NCBI GenBank assembly: GCA_001643675.2
Contig: LSRY02000035.1
Span: forward strand, 248,001-312,000
Direction: 5' to 3'
DNA from: Monocercomonoides exilis PA203
Taxonomy: Eukaryota; Protista; Preaxostyla
DNA: 64,000 nt
Shown: positions 38,306-51,589 of the stretch, in pieces
How the letters are laid out: every line of letters begins with the position of its first letter
Position numbering within the stretch: position 1 is the stretch's first letter
Position numbers and translations under genes: made by a program
The notes under the pieces: generated by a model
What the model saw: the letters and a program-made list of their open reading frames with translations, nothing else
Told to the model about the DNA's origin: nothing
The model's database searches: none

Positions 38306-40448
38306 ATGATGAGCAATTTAAGTTTGGGGGAAAATCGTAAGTTATCGAGGGATGAAACATTAAGTGAATTAGGCGTGCATGCAAGTGGAGCAAGCGAAGA
38401 AAAGAAAGATGAGCTGTTTGATTTAATGAAAGAAACAGCAAATCTTCTTTGTGGAATTGTGCGTGGAACGATGAAAGAAGAAATCGAGGGTATTCTGAAG
38501 GAAGAATATGGAATGAGCGAAGGAGATGCATCCACCATCGCTGAAGAAGTTATCGCTGAATATGGCTTGTTATCATATTTTCAATAACAATTTCAAAAAA
38601 TATAATGTCAAAATCTTTTATTGCTTTGTTGTTGTTGTTGTTTTAGCTTCAAGCAGTTTGCCAAAGAAAAAAGGTGGGGCAGCTTTTGCTTTTGGGAAGG
38701 CAAGAATTTCGAGTCAAGCAGATGGGAAATTTTCTGTTCCATCAGCATTTTCTTCGAAAAAAGCAAGCCCTTTAGGCGCTGACAAAGCTGCTCCAAAGCC
38801 ATTCATGTCGTCATTACCACCAATGGAGAGTTCGGGGACTTTTGGTGGCCCTGCGAAGTTCCCGCCTTCGTTTGGAAGTGCGATGCAAGGGCCTGGGCCA
38901 ATGCTGCCAACTGGACTTTCCGCAGCTGGTCCTTTTTCGTCTGGAATCTCTTTAGCTTTACCAGTTTCTGACGAGCCTTCACTTTCTGTGCCAAGCATGG
39001 CGCCACCAGGATTTCCTGCACCTGGATTTCCGTATTCTTCATTTGGGGTTCCTTTGTTGATGCCTCCATTTAATCCCTCTGATGAGTCGAGCCCTTTTAT
39101 CGGAACGCCAGCCAGGCTGATTGTAGATGGAGAGAAATGGAAAAAAGAAGGAGATAAAAAAGGGAAAAAGAAAGAGAGAAAGCATGAAAAGAAAAGCAAG
39201 AGCGACAGCGACTCTGGCAGCGACTCTGACAGCGATGAGGAATCAGATGACTCAGAGGCATTTGAAGATGAAAGTGGTTCTGATGAAAGTGGTGCTGATT
39301 CATCATCTTCGTCGTCGTCAGAGGGAGGAAAAGAAAAAGAAGGATACAAAGAAAACAAAAAGCCAGTGAAGGGAAGTTTGCATTCTTAATTTAAATAAAA
39401 GATATTCTGTATTTAACATATTTCGTGCTTTTTATTTATTAATTTATTAATTTATTAATTTTGAAATATTTCATTTTTCGTTGTTTATTTGTTAGAAATG
39501 AGAGGACCACTTCATTTTCTCCCTGAAGAGACAGCTGGGTATAATTCGTCGTTTGATGCAAATATTCAGTTGTTGCAAAAGGAGCGCCTTATTCGTGCGA
39601 ATGAATCATTTCCTATTCCTGTTTGTTTGGGCAATCCATTCAACAAAGGCATTTGGCGGGTGGATCTGCTTGTGGAAGATGCCAATCCAAGTTACTACGC
39701 CTTTGCCATTCTACAAGTGTGCGAGAGTGACATGAAGAATGCCATCAAGAAGCGCGATTCTTCGCTGAAGCCAAAGAAGTCAAAAAGCAAATCAACGAGT
39801 CATCAAGCGGTAAACCCATTTGCACCTCCTTTCGGTTTGTCATCGTCTGCTGCTTTTGGCTTTTCTGGGCCAAGCGGAGGATATGGTCCTTTTGGCCAAG
39901 GGAAATTGAGAGGAGTTAATGCAGAAGGGATGGTGATGAATTATAGAGGATTATTTGATGATTCATCGCCCGGAATTCAACCCTGGAGATCGAGAGGTTC
40001 GCAAGTCGCTTGCGAAATTGACACAAAGAAGAAAACTGCATCCTTTTTTGTTGATCGGAAAAAACAAGCCGTTGTGTTTACAAAGCTGCCAAAATGTGTG
40101 CAATTTCAGGTATGAAAAATAAAAATTGTTGCAATTGAAGACTGCTTTGTTTGCCAGTCACCAAATCTATTTGACTTGTTTGTATCATATTTCAATAATT
40201 TTGTTTTCTTTTCGTTTATTATTTTCTGTCTTTCTTTCTATTATATAAATTTATTAAAAAACATTATCTTTGCATTTTATATTTTATTTATCACTATCTG
40301 ATTTTCACATTAATTTTGATCAAACCTCTTATTGCAGATGACCTTCCTTGATTCACCAGTAGTTATGAAAGTGCTCAGATTAGACAAAATAAAGAAACCG
40401 ACTGGACCCAAAAAGGTTTCAGGCACAAAAAATGTTGAGTTCTCATAA
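38306..40448 (+). CDS. Uncharacterised protein: Pro/Gly-rich and acidic middle, C-terminal SPRY/B30.2-like beta domain, 4 exons
   Basis: Exons at about 38306-38564, 38647-39374, 39497-40109 and 40338-40448; GIWRVDL..GSQVACEIDTKKKTASFFVD..LPKCVQF resembles SPRY strands. Confidence 0.65.
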
Positions 40449-41548
40449 AACATGTTTAGTCCCAAATGTCTTGAAATGGAAAGGTTATGTTTTTTGTTTG
40501 ATGTTAGTCGCTGTTTTGAAATTGCAAATGAGTTATTTTCCTGCTTTTAATTTTCAAATGTGCTTCGCCAAATTGATTCAAATCATTTCATTCTTCCAAT
40601 GCTTTTTTTTTTATGGAAGCGATTTTGTTAACTAACATTGGTGAAATAATTATACAGATTTTTTATTTAATCCAGAATTTTTTTTCTGATATTACTCTAA
40701 TGGAGCAAAATTCTTGTCTTTAAGAAAAGATCAAGGGTTTATTCCAAACTTTATTCACAATTATTTCAAAAAATGTGATGAAAATTTTATTTCAGAATAT
40801 CTGTAATGTTATGATTGTGAAGAATGAACTGAGAAAAGACATAAATTTTAGTAAGACATTATCATATTTATATTGAAATATTTATATTTTGTCACATCGC
40901 CCAGATAAATTTTGACTTCAAGATAACAACCATAATAGATTTTTTTCACAGAAAACTTTAAGCAAAAACTTATTTTTGTTTAGTGTCAAAATAGAAAGTG
41001 CAAGAATTTTTTGCCTTTTATTTTTGTGTGAACGTGCAACAGCAAAAGGTTTTTATGCGAGGACTTTTACAAAGGAAGTTATTTTGTCAAATACCCATTG
41101 GACCATTGCAGTGCAACAACACGAACAAGTAAAATTCGGAAGGAAGATAACCCATCAAACGTAGTGTTTGATTGCAGTATCGTTTTGATCAGTCAGAGCA
41201 AAATTGCGCAAACAATGAAGAAGATATCAATTTCTTCGACAAAACACTGCAATAATCGGATAGCTGACTTAAAGCGCTTGAAGGCAGCACTATTTTTTGT
41301 CCAATATATTCTTTATAGTTTATGCATTTATTTGCCTTGCTTGGCGAAACCAAAAAGAATTCAGTAATTTCAACAGTTTTCAAAAAAACATTCAATTCTT
41401 TCGAAGCCTTCATTCTTTGTCAAACATGATCTTATTTACATTGTAATTTTATATGGATTATTAAAAACACACATTTATTGATTATTTTCTTTTGAAAAAA
41501 TCCAACGTTTGGAACAGCACTTGGACATCAACCACGTGACATTCATTA

Positions 41549-42554
41549 GGGTCAACTTTTTAATGGGACTTTTTCCTTAATTGGCACTTTTTTTGTTTTT
41601 GCTTGCAAAATGTCGAGAAATGAGAAGTAGTTTTCAGCATTTTAAAAATCCTTTTTAACAAGTTTAATTCTATTTGTTTACTGTTTTCATTTTTATTTTC
41701 GTTTTTTACACATCGAGAAATTTCGTTTTTTTGTTTAATTTAATAGTACTTTTTCTAGCCAACTGGGAATCGCTCAAGAAATTGGGGACATGTTTTATAT
41801 TGCATTTGCTTCGAACTATTAATCTTAAAAATCTTTTTTTTCACAAACACTTTTTTCTTGATTTTTTCGCATTTCAAATTTTCATCAACATGATAACAAA
41901 AACTGTTTATTTCTTTATTAATATAGTGAAATGAAAAAAATAAAAATATCATATGAAAAACAAATCCTTTAATAATGAAGTGTTGTAAAAACAAAACATT
42001 AATTTTTTCTATTTATCTTTAACGGACAAATGGCGCAAACTTAAAATGATCAATGATCAAGTTTTTGTAACAAAGTTTAAATCTTGACAAATAGAAAATG
42101 AGAATGTTTTATTTTTTCAACACTTCATTATTAAAGGATTTGTTTTTCATATGATATTTTTATTTTTTTCATTTCACTATATTAATAAAGAAATAAACAG
42201 TTTTTGTTATCATGTTGATGAAAATTTGAAATGCGAAAAAATCAAGAAAAAAGTGTTTGTGAAAAAAAAGATTTTTAAGATTAATAGTTCGAAGCAAATG
42301 CAATATAAAACATGTCCCCAATTTCTTGAGCGATTCCCAGTTGGCTAGAAAAAGTACTATTAAATTAAACAAAAAAACGAAATTTCTCGATGTGTAAAAA
42401 ACGAAAATAAAAATGAAAACAGTAAACAAATAGAATTAAACTTGTTAAAAAGGATTTTTAAAATGCTGAAAACTACTTCTCATTTCTCGACATTTTGCAA
42501 GCAAAAACAAAAAAAGTGCCAATTAAGGAAAAAGTCCCATTAAAAAGTTGACCC
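41549..42554. mobile_element. Long-TIR foldback element: 437-bp inverted arms, no mismatch found, 132-bp spacer
   Basis: 41549-41985 is the reverse complement of 42118-42554; the ORF track gives identical peptides on opposite strands; GGGTCAAC..GTTGACCC termini. Confidence 0.95.
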
Positions 42555-42785
42555 AATGCAAAAATTTCTTCTGCATCAGCAAATACCGATTCATGCCTGA
42601 CAAAAACCAAAGAAAGTTTCATGATTTGGATATGCATCAGGTGTATTTCAAAAGCCCACAAAATGATTTGCTGAAAGAAAGATTTTTTCAATTTTTCATT
42701 GTGATAAAAACCATTATTTATTTCGATTTGATCATATGGAAAACATTTTTTTTAAAATCAAAATTGATTCGAATTCCTCTTGAGA

Positions 42786-45700
42786 ATGCTTTTATTCCTT
42801 TTTGCATGTTTGATTCTTGGGAAGGCATTTGAAGCACAATATGTCTCTGGAACTTCCACATTTCAAAACAAAGGTATTCATGAGAATTAATGGTTATTTC
42901 AAAACTCTCTTTATTTGGGTTTAGGAAATTCAAATGAAGCACAATTTCAATTAAAAGATGATAACAATAACTTGTTTGAACAAAATTCTTTCTCTGGAGT
43001 GAAAAGATTACAGTCAGGACTTTCTATAGTGAAAAACACATTTTTGGGATTCCTCAATTCTACAGTTGGACTGAAAAATATAGCAGTTGAACATATTTCC
43101 TCATCATTCATGCATATCACATGCAAATCAAAAATAACGTTGGATTCCTGCATTTCCCACCAAAAATCGGAATCTCCGTTTCATTTGAATATCGGGTCAA
43201 TCTGTTTCACAAATATGACTTTTATCCCCCAAAAGAATGTTAACCCTTCCAGCCTCATATTTTCATCTGATGACTCAAATTCTGTTGTTTTGATAAATTC
43301 CATCGTTGCAGATCTGTTTGTGTCATCATCAGACTATTTCCTATTGTCTGGAAAGAGCAAAAGCGAACAGATTATAAATTGTACCTTCAGGAACATGTCT
43401 GTGAGACCATTCAAGAATTGTGATTGCCAAATGGAACATTCATGCTTTCTGAGTTCTGTGGAGAACAGCCTCATTTATTCTTGTGTGAATGCATTTGAAG
43501 GAGGGATTTCGAGTGGATCCTATTCTTCAGAGGAGTTTGTCTGCAAAAATATTTCTTCACACTTTGGGAAAAGAGAAACAAATGCTCTGAAGAGAAAAGG
43601 ACAAATGAACTTAACAAATAGTCAATCATTTTCATTATGCGAATGGGTTGATTGCACATCCCCTCAAGGAGGCGCTTTTTATGTGCATGAAAATGAAAAT
43701 GCAATTCTAACTGTTGAAAATTCGTCATTTACAAGATGTAAAGCAACTTCCACAAGAGGGGGTGCAATTTATGCTTTGAAAATCGCTGAATGCATTGTGC
43801 TTCATTTTTCATTCGTCCAATGCACTGCAGCTACAACAGTAGGTTATGGAGGTGGAGGAATCATGATCGAAAACATTTGCACATAATCAGTGGTTGATGA
43901 TTGTTATTTTTATAACTGTTCTTCGAAAATAGATTGAGGGGCTTTATGCCCGTATAGTGCAAAAACTGAAAGACAGAAAGAATGCATTATTAATTCGTTT
44001 TTCGACAATTGCCAATGTAATAAATCATCTTATTGCACTGGAGGGGCAATTATACGCTGGAATCCTATTGACAAAGTTGTGATATCAAATTGCCTGTTCT
44101 GCAATTGCTATTCAATGTGCGGTGGAGGTGCTGTAACGCAGTGGACTAATTCAAAGAATAATGGAACATTGCTTTATTTCTGCTTCTTTCATAATAACAC
44201 GTGCGTAGCAGATGGTCATGATATCGTTCTTTTAGAGTCAACAGCAAACAACATTGATTCAACATGCTATTCAACCAGCAAAACGACAAATAGAGTTAGC
44301 ATCAGATTCGACTCAATTGTTGATAAAAGCGGATGGCTTCGAAACGATTATGGAAGTGTCAGATATGTCTCCTCAACGCAATCGCAATCAAATGCCAAAG
44401 ACACATATGCATGTGGAATTAATGAATCTTATCCATGCTACACTATCAGCCGTTGCCTCATGCAACTCATTCCAGACTTGGTTTCCAATGTCGAAGTATT
44501 TTCAGGAATCATTTTCGAAGCAAATAGTTTTGATTGTGGGCCAGACAGTTTTACTGTTTATGGTCAAAGTGATATGAGCACAACAATCCAAACAGTATTT
44601 GAATCATCTGGGCTATCTCTTTTTTCAGTCTCGACGGGCACATTGAATGCCAGGGACTTTATTCTTGTGCATGACTTTATTCATCCGAATAACCGTGGGT
44701 CAAGGCTATTTGATATTTCTGGAGCAGGAGGAATGAGTATCAGCAGTCTGAACACATCTTTTGGAAGTGGGCAATCAATAGAAACAGCATTCACAACAGA
44801 GCTGATCAATGTCCAGAATGGTATGCTGCAGATGGAACATGTGAACTGGGCAAAGACTATCTCCACTGCTTCGTTGTTTTTGCTTTCTTCAACAAATGAG
44901 ATTTCATTGACGCTATCAGAATGCACCTTTGATGGGATTGAAAGAACAACCAGCGGAGCAGCAGTGATTTCGTTTTCCAACGATAAGGCAAACATCGATC
45001 TGGATTCTTGCACCTTTGAAGGATGTGGGAGCACATGTTCGGAAAATGGAGGATCGATGATGTTGTGGGCAGGAAATGAAAATGAGGTGAAGGTAAAAGA
45101 CGGGCACTTTAATGGCTGCTTTTGCTCTGCATCCGATGGTCTTGGAGGAGGAATCTTTCTTCGATTATTGAATGAAAATCCCAATTTCATGATTTCCTCT
45201 TCCTTTGGCACTAACACAGCCAAATGGGGGAATGACATCTTTGTTATTTCACCCAATCTGGAAGAGACTGCAAATTCACAAAAAATCACATGTGTGACAG
45301 CCTCTTTGGATTCTGTTGACAAAGTTAGAGGATATATCAACGGAAATACGAGTGTGGACATTCCTTTGTGCATCTATCTCATTCCCACACCAGAAGAAAT
45401 CTTTGTGAGCAATTCTGAGGCATCCAATCACTCATACTGTGGAATTGTCCAATTCCCTTGCTTGACTTTGAAGCACTCCCTCACAAGGCTTGTCGGAGGA
45501 AAGAAAATTGTTGTTAATGGAATGATTATGATGAACGATGAATTGGCCTTTGCTGGACAGAAACATGAAATCCGAGGAAATGATGATCAGAGTGGTTGGA
45601 CAGTCTCTGATTCAAGTGAAACATCCAATTCATCGATGATAACAGCAAATGTTGACACAATCTTTTCAAAACTTATCTTCTCTCTTCCATCTTCCCTTCC

Positions 45701-48700
45701 TCTTCACTCCACTTTCATTTCGTCTTCTTCACCATCAATGACCATTTCTCAATGTTCTCTTTCTCTTCAAAATCCATCATCAGAATTGACATTTCTGTTC
45801 TTGTCCGTTGAGTTAGGGATCCTGATAATCGACAAATTCTCAGCTTCATCAATTGATTTGAGGAGAAATCCGCTGATCTGGTTGAGGGGAAGCATCGCAA
45901 ATAGCGAGTTAATGAGCACTCTATGGTTGAACATGACAAACTGCACTTTTTCTGAAATCGAAAGAGCAGCTGGAAGTGGAGGGTGTGTGAGCATTGGCAA
46001 CAGCGATGATGAAAATACGAACGCACAAATAAATATTAAAGAATGTTATTTTGATGGATGCTCTGTGCTTGCTGATGAAAGCAGAGGAGGGGCTATCAAT
46101 GCTCAATTGAAAGGAAACATTCAAATGAATGTTATTTCATGCACATTCACAGGATGCACAACTCCAGCTGAAGAAGGGAAGATTGGCTTTGGCGGAGGGA
46201 TGGCACTGAAGCTGATTGATGAATATTCTTCATTTGTGATCTCATCCCCTGTTTTTGAGGCAGACAAACCAAATGCTGCGACATATGGAAACAATCTTTT
46301 TGTTGAATCATCCAACTTGACAAAGAGCATCACAAATGTCTCTCTTCCATTTGTTTCTGAGTATTTGGTTGATATTTCCTTGGATTCAATGAGAGGATTT
46401 GATGGGAGTGACACAACGAATACCATCCCGCTAGTGTATTTCTGGCGAGTAATTGGCTCAGAGATATTTGTTGGAGACAAAGGAAAAGACATGGGTGCCT
46501 GCGGATTATCAGATTATCCTTGTCTGTCAATTGATTATTCGCTAACAAGATTGTCTGAAGGAAATGATAAAAACATCAACATCAGAGGAAAAGGAGTTCT
46601 CCAAAAAAGTGTTGATGTGAGTGGAATTTCAGTGAAATCTGATGATAACAGCATATGCTCATTAGAATGTGTCTCATCGCTTGAAGGAGCCAAAGGAGCA
46701 GCAATGAAGATTGAGGGCATTTCCAGTTTCGAACTGATAAACTTTGTAGTTCCATCTTCATTCGCAAGCGGAGCTAAGACTTTGCTGCACGTTTGTTCAA
46801 GCAATGGATTGTTGACTGTGAAGGACTGTTCATTCACAAAAATGGAAGAAAGTGGAGAAGAAATAATTAATTTTGGTCTGATCAAAGCAGATGGAGGCAC
46901 AGTTCAATTGGAATTTGTGACAATGCAATCACTTTGTTTTTCAAAAGATGTAATTTCTGTGTTTTCTTCAACAATGTTGAACATCAAAAATCTGACGATG
47001 AAGAATATTAAGCTGGATGGGGCAAGTGGATTGAGAATATCAAAGAGTTCAAGAAGAGAAAACAGAGCAAAAAATGAAATTGAACAAGATATTGTTATTG
47101 AGTGGAGTTCATTCGAAGAAGTCACTCAGAACACAACAGAAAACATTTCAATCATTCGAAATGACAATGGTGATGAACCTTTGAAAATTGTGATTTGAAA
47201 CACAACGATGAAGAAGTGTGGTGGAACGAGGTGTGGAAAGGGAGGGGCGATGTTTAATGTGTTGAATGAGGAAGGAAAGTTTGATTGCTCATTTTGCACG
47301 ATTTCTGAGTGTTTCTGGTCCGCCACAGGAAGAGGTGGCTGGCTGTTTCTGGAGTGCACTTCGACAGTTGAACATCCTCTGAACTTTATTCTGTCAAATA
47401 TCACCTTCAAAAACAACTCTGCGTTCAGAGGGAGAGATGCGTATGTTCGATGCCACTCAATCGACACACAAATAGTTGATGAGTAATTCTTGCTGGATTT
47501 CAGATTGCCATTTGTAAAGGAGCTAGCGATATGGGGCTGCACAACAGACTCGTTTGTTGGTGAAGAAGATCTTCTGCTGAGGGTTGTGAAATATCAGTGT
47601 GAGACGATATTTGTGTCTTCAGTTGTAGACAATCACAAAGACAGCAAGCAATGTGGAGAGTTCAACATGCCTTGTGAGTCGTTGAATGTTGGAGTTCAGC
47701 ACATAATTCCATCTCTGTATTCACAGCTGCTGATCTTGGGGCAAACAGAAATTATCTGGAAGTGTGATACTCATGATGTGATAATCCGCTCACTTCAATC
47801 TCCTTCAGCTGCATTTGTGTATCTGAACTCAACAATTGTTGGCGATGAAGAAAATCTAATTACAACTTCAGAGAGAGTTAGGATCGAAAGTGTAAAGTTT
47901 TCTTTTGGCCATTCATTTTCGTATTCAGGTAGCTCTATTATCCATGAAGCAAATGGCCAACTTTCTCTTTCATTTGTTGATTTCTCTTCGGTTTGCCAAT
48001 CAGAAAACATTGAATCTGCTGTTCTCAATTCAACATTACTGAACATCGAAAATGGAATTCTTCATGTTGATAACTGCTTAATATCAATGCTTTCATTCAA
48101 AAAGCTTTCATTTTTGCTAAATGGAGATGACATAAATATTACAAACGTTCGAATGGAACAGATAGAAGCAGCAAAAAATGTATTTGAACTTAGTAATTGT
48201 GAAAATGTTGTATTTAATGGAGTATCTGCAGATGGAGTGAAGCTATCTGAAGGTTGCATCATTTCCATTAACGAAAACGCTTCAAAAACGATTTCTATTG
48301 GAAGCTTCTCGTTCAAAAATTGTTCAAGAAATTCAGAAGGAGCTTCAGTTTTATCAGTTTCTTCAACATCTGCCGTTATAATTCTTTCGAATTGTTCCTG
48401 TTCAAACTGTTATTCCGTGTTTGATAAAGGAAGCATTATGGATATGAATAATGCAAAGGGAATTTCGATGGATTCATGCCAATTTATTGGAATTCCTGCA
48501 AAAGAAAGTGAAAATGAGAGAAATAAAAATTTTGAAGAAATATGCAAATGGAATGGATCGCTTGTCTATTCAGCGAATTCTTCATTGGCGATGAAGGATG
48601 TGATTATTTCACATGCCTTAATGGGTGGATTATCTGTGTCTGCTGGCAATGTGACGATTGAGAAAGGAGAATTCTTCAACAACAATCCATTCATTGAAAA

Positions 48701-50651
48701 ATATCCTTCTCTTCGTCGAAACATCATTTGTTCAGATTCTGCTTCATTGACCATCTCCAGTTTGAAAGGGAGAGATGGATTAATGCCCAATTCTTCCCTT
48801 TGGGTTTTGAATGATGGATGCACCGTTGGTGGAATAGCAGGAGAAAGACCATCTCCATTTTTCATTCCCAGACTGGAAGATGTTTCAGTGAATGAGAATG
48901 GCAACAATGTTGTTGTGAAATTCAAAGGATCGCTTCTTCTTCCTTGTGATTTGTCATTCAGACTTGTGTATAAAACGGAGGATGTGGAGTTGTTTGAGAC
49001 ATATCAGTTTGAGAAAGACAGTTTTGTTTCAGAAACGGAAGTGATTGGAACAGTCCCATCAGAAAATATATCTTCGATTGGAAATGATACGGAAGTGTCT
49101 GTGATGATTCTGTTTGGAAAACAATTGGCTGCGACTTCACCGCAGATTCTGAAGAACAAAACAGAGCCAAAAATAGACGGGGAAGGAAGACTTGCTGAAG
49201 GAGGGAAAGAAGGGAAATCGTATTGGTTGTTGATTGTTTGCATTGTGATTGTTGTTGTACTGCTTGTAGTCATTATTATTCTGGCAGTTCGATGGAGAAG
49301 GGCAAAGAACGAGAATAAAGATCTGAGAGAGATTGTGAATGACAACATCAGAAAAGATCCGAAACTGATCGAGATGGTGACGATGGAGATGTCGCCTGAG
49401 GAGCAGTGGAGGAGAGCTGAGAGGGAAGCGGAGAAGAAGAATGAAGAGAGGATAAAGAAGAGCGTGTATGGGAAGCAGATGCAGCATTCGGAATCATCAG
49501 AGCATCTTTTGTCTGAGAGTTGATCAACTGAATACATTCTGGGAAAAGACTCAGACAAGATCCCTCAATGGATGCTGGAGAAGGTTGATGATGAGGAAAT
49601 AAGAAAGCAGACTCCATCACCATCAATTTCATCCGCTTCAACAACTGATTCAGATTCAACTTTTGTTCGGAGAGAGGATCTGTGTCCCACCACTTCGTCC
49701 ATGTCGAATCTGGTGGACGCAATGGCATGCTCATCTCCTCATGAGAAGCTGATTGTGGATCTGAGGGATTCGATGTTCATGCTGCTTCATGGAAAAAATG
49801 AGAAGAAGGAGATGGCAATTAGCACTCTGCAGAAGAGGGAGCAAACTGCTGCTCAGATCCTATTCTGGGTGGCTAATATTTCGCTCCATTCATTTGACGA
49901 GATGGAAAATCCACTTCAATCCCTTGCCAATCTCAGTCCACACATTGTTCTTTTCTCCGAGCACATGGTGATCTGCATTGTGATGCATTCAGACGTTTTG
50001 TTAGATGATGATTCAGACTCATCTTCCATCTCGTCATCAACTGTTGTGACTTCTGCCAGTGGCATTGATGATGATGATGGTGATTCCCTTCCTTCTTCTG
50101 CCTTTGAAGATGAAGATAGTTTCAAAAAAGAGTGTCTGAGGTGGAAGGCACCAGAGTTGCAGATGAACAAGAAGAGGGGAGCGACAAAGGAATCAGTTGC
50201 CTTTTCGATTGGGATGATCCTGTGGGAGTGCTTGACACTGGAAATCCCATTTGGAGAATACGAGGCAGAGGTGGCAGGGCAGAAGATTGTGAATGGCGAA
50301 AGGCCAGACACAAAAAAGACAGAAGAATCGTCTTTTGGAGAAATAATCAAGATGTGTCTCGTGCAGCCATCTGCAGGCAGGCCATGCTTGGGAGATCTGA
50401 AAAGAGAGTTCATCCAACACTTCCCTGCAAGTGCAGTTGTACTCACTATGTCTGATGCTCTTTTCACCTGCAATGCTGAGAGCTGTGACAAAAAAGACAG
50501 CAAAGATAACAACAGTAATATCAGCAAAAGCAGAAGCAGAAGCGGTGGTCAGATGTCAACATTGGCAGCATGTACATTAGTTGATGAACGAATTGTGTTG
50601 CGCAAAACAGTCAGCAATGATAAAACGGAATATGGCTGTTATCCCCAATAA
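42786..50651 (+). pseudogene. Intronless receptor-like protein: signal peptide, Cys-containing GGA(I/L) beta-helix-like ectodomain, one TM helix, degenerate kinase C-lobe; six in-frame stops
   Basis: One frame of 2622 codons: MLLFLFACLILGKA.., GGAIY / CG..PC repeats, TM WLLIVCIVIVVVLLVVIIILAVRWRR, LRWKAPE..FSIGMILWECLTLEIPF. Stops at 42888, 43884, 43935, 47196, 47484, 49521. Confidence 0.85.
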
Positions 50652-51589
50652 GAAGATACTCGTTTTTGATTTGTTGAAACGTTTTTCATCTCTTTTCTGT
50701 TTTTGTTATTGCATTGCTTCTTTTTTGTGTTTTTTTTCTGGCATATCCATCATCGATATTTTTCTCTCTGAAAATGAGAGTGCTTCCTGATCAGGGAGCA
50801 TCAAGAATAAAGATGTTAGTTAATGATTCATATTAGGGCCATTTTTTAATAATTTTCCAATTCTTTAAAAATCAGGCCAATAAATTCAGGAATAGTCAGA
50901 GATGAAGATGTGTTTGTAGTCAACATTGATTGAGGAATTTTTTTAACAGATAATCCGCGTTTAACTGGATTGAATAATAAGCTAGCAACATGGAAAAAAT
51001 TCTCTGATCTTTGCTTTTATGGGCATCTTGAAAATCTGAACTTGATGGCTTTTCAAATCACATCTTTCGTATTGTGCGGAGCATTAAATGGTATTTCCAA
51101 ATATTTTGCTTTGAATGTTTTTCATAATTGATAGAAATCGAAGGTTGCTGGAGGCATGGAAGTAAAAGTTAGATGATTGAATGGAATTGATCCGAGCTCC
51201 GAAGGCTTGCGGGAATAGTTCTTCAATTCAACTCCAAATTTCAACGACACATCGGCGAGTGCGAGTAACAAAATTTAAATTTTCAATCAAAGAAAGAAAT
51301 TCCATTTCAAAGAGAAAAAGTTGTTCTTTTTCTTTTATCATTTGTTGATTCTTTTTCCCAAAGATTTATCTGCTTTTATTCTGCTTTCAGATTTGTCCAG
51401 CAGGCAATTGTCTCTTCGTAAAAGGATGTTCCTTGATAGAATGAATTTGGTACATTTTGGGACTGTAAACGGAAAAGGAAATATTGAATGCCCTTTCACA
51501 TCCGAAAGTGTAAAAAAAATCCACAAAACGTAGAATTGTTCTGGCAATGTATTTAAATATGCGTTTCTTCATTTTTTGTGGAAGAAATT

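Noticed and set aside
41674-42429. Duplicated 86-aa and 65-79-aa ORFs on opposite strands
   Set aside because: A consequence of the palindrome; Phe/Ile/Lys-rich AT noise with no domain.
42888-49523. TAA/TAG-to-Gln reassignment (known in some oxymonads) or readthrough explaining the in-frame stops
   Set aside because: Internal stops include TGA at Gly/Arg-like positions and TAA at a Lys position (13283); intact genes end in TAA or TAG at expected places (15157, 34420, 54907, 62867).
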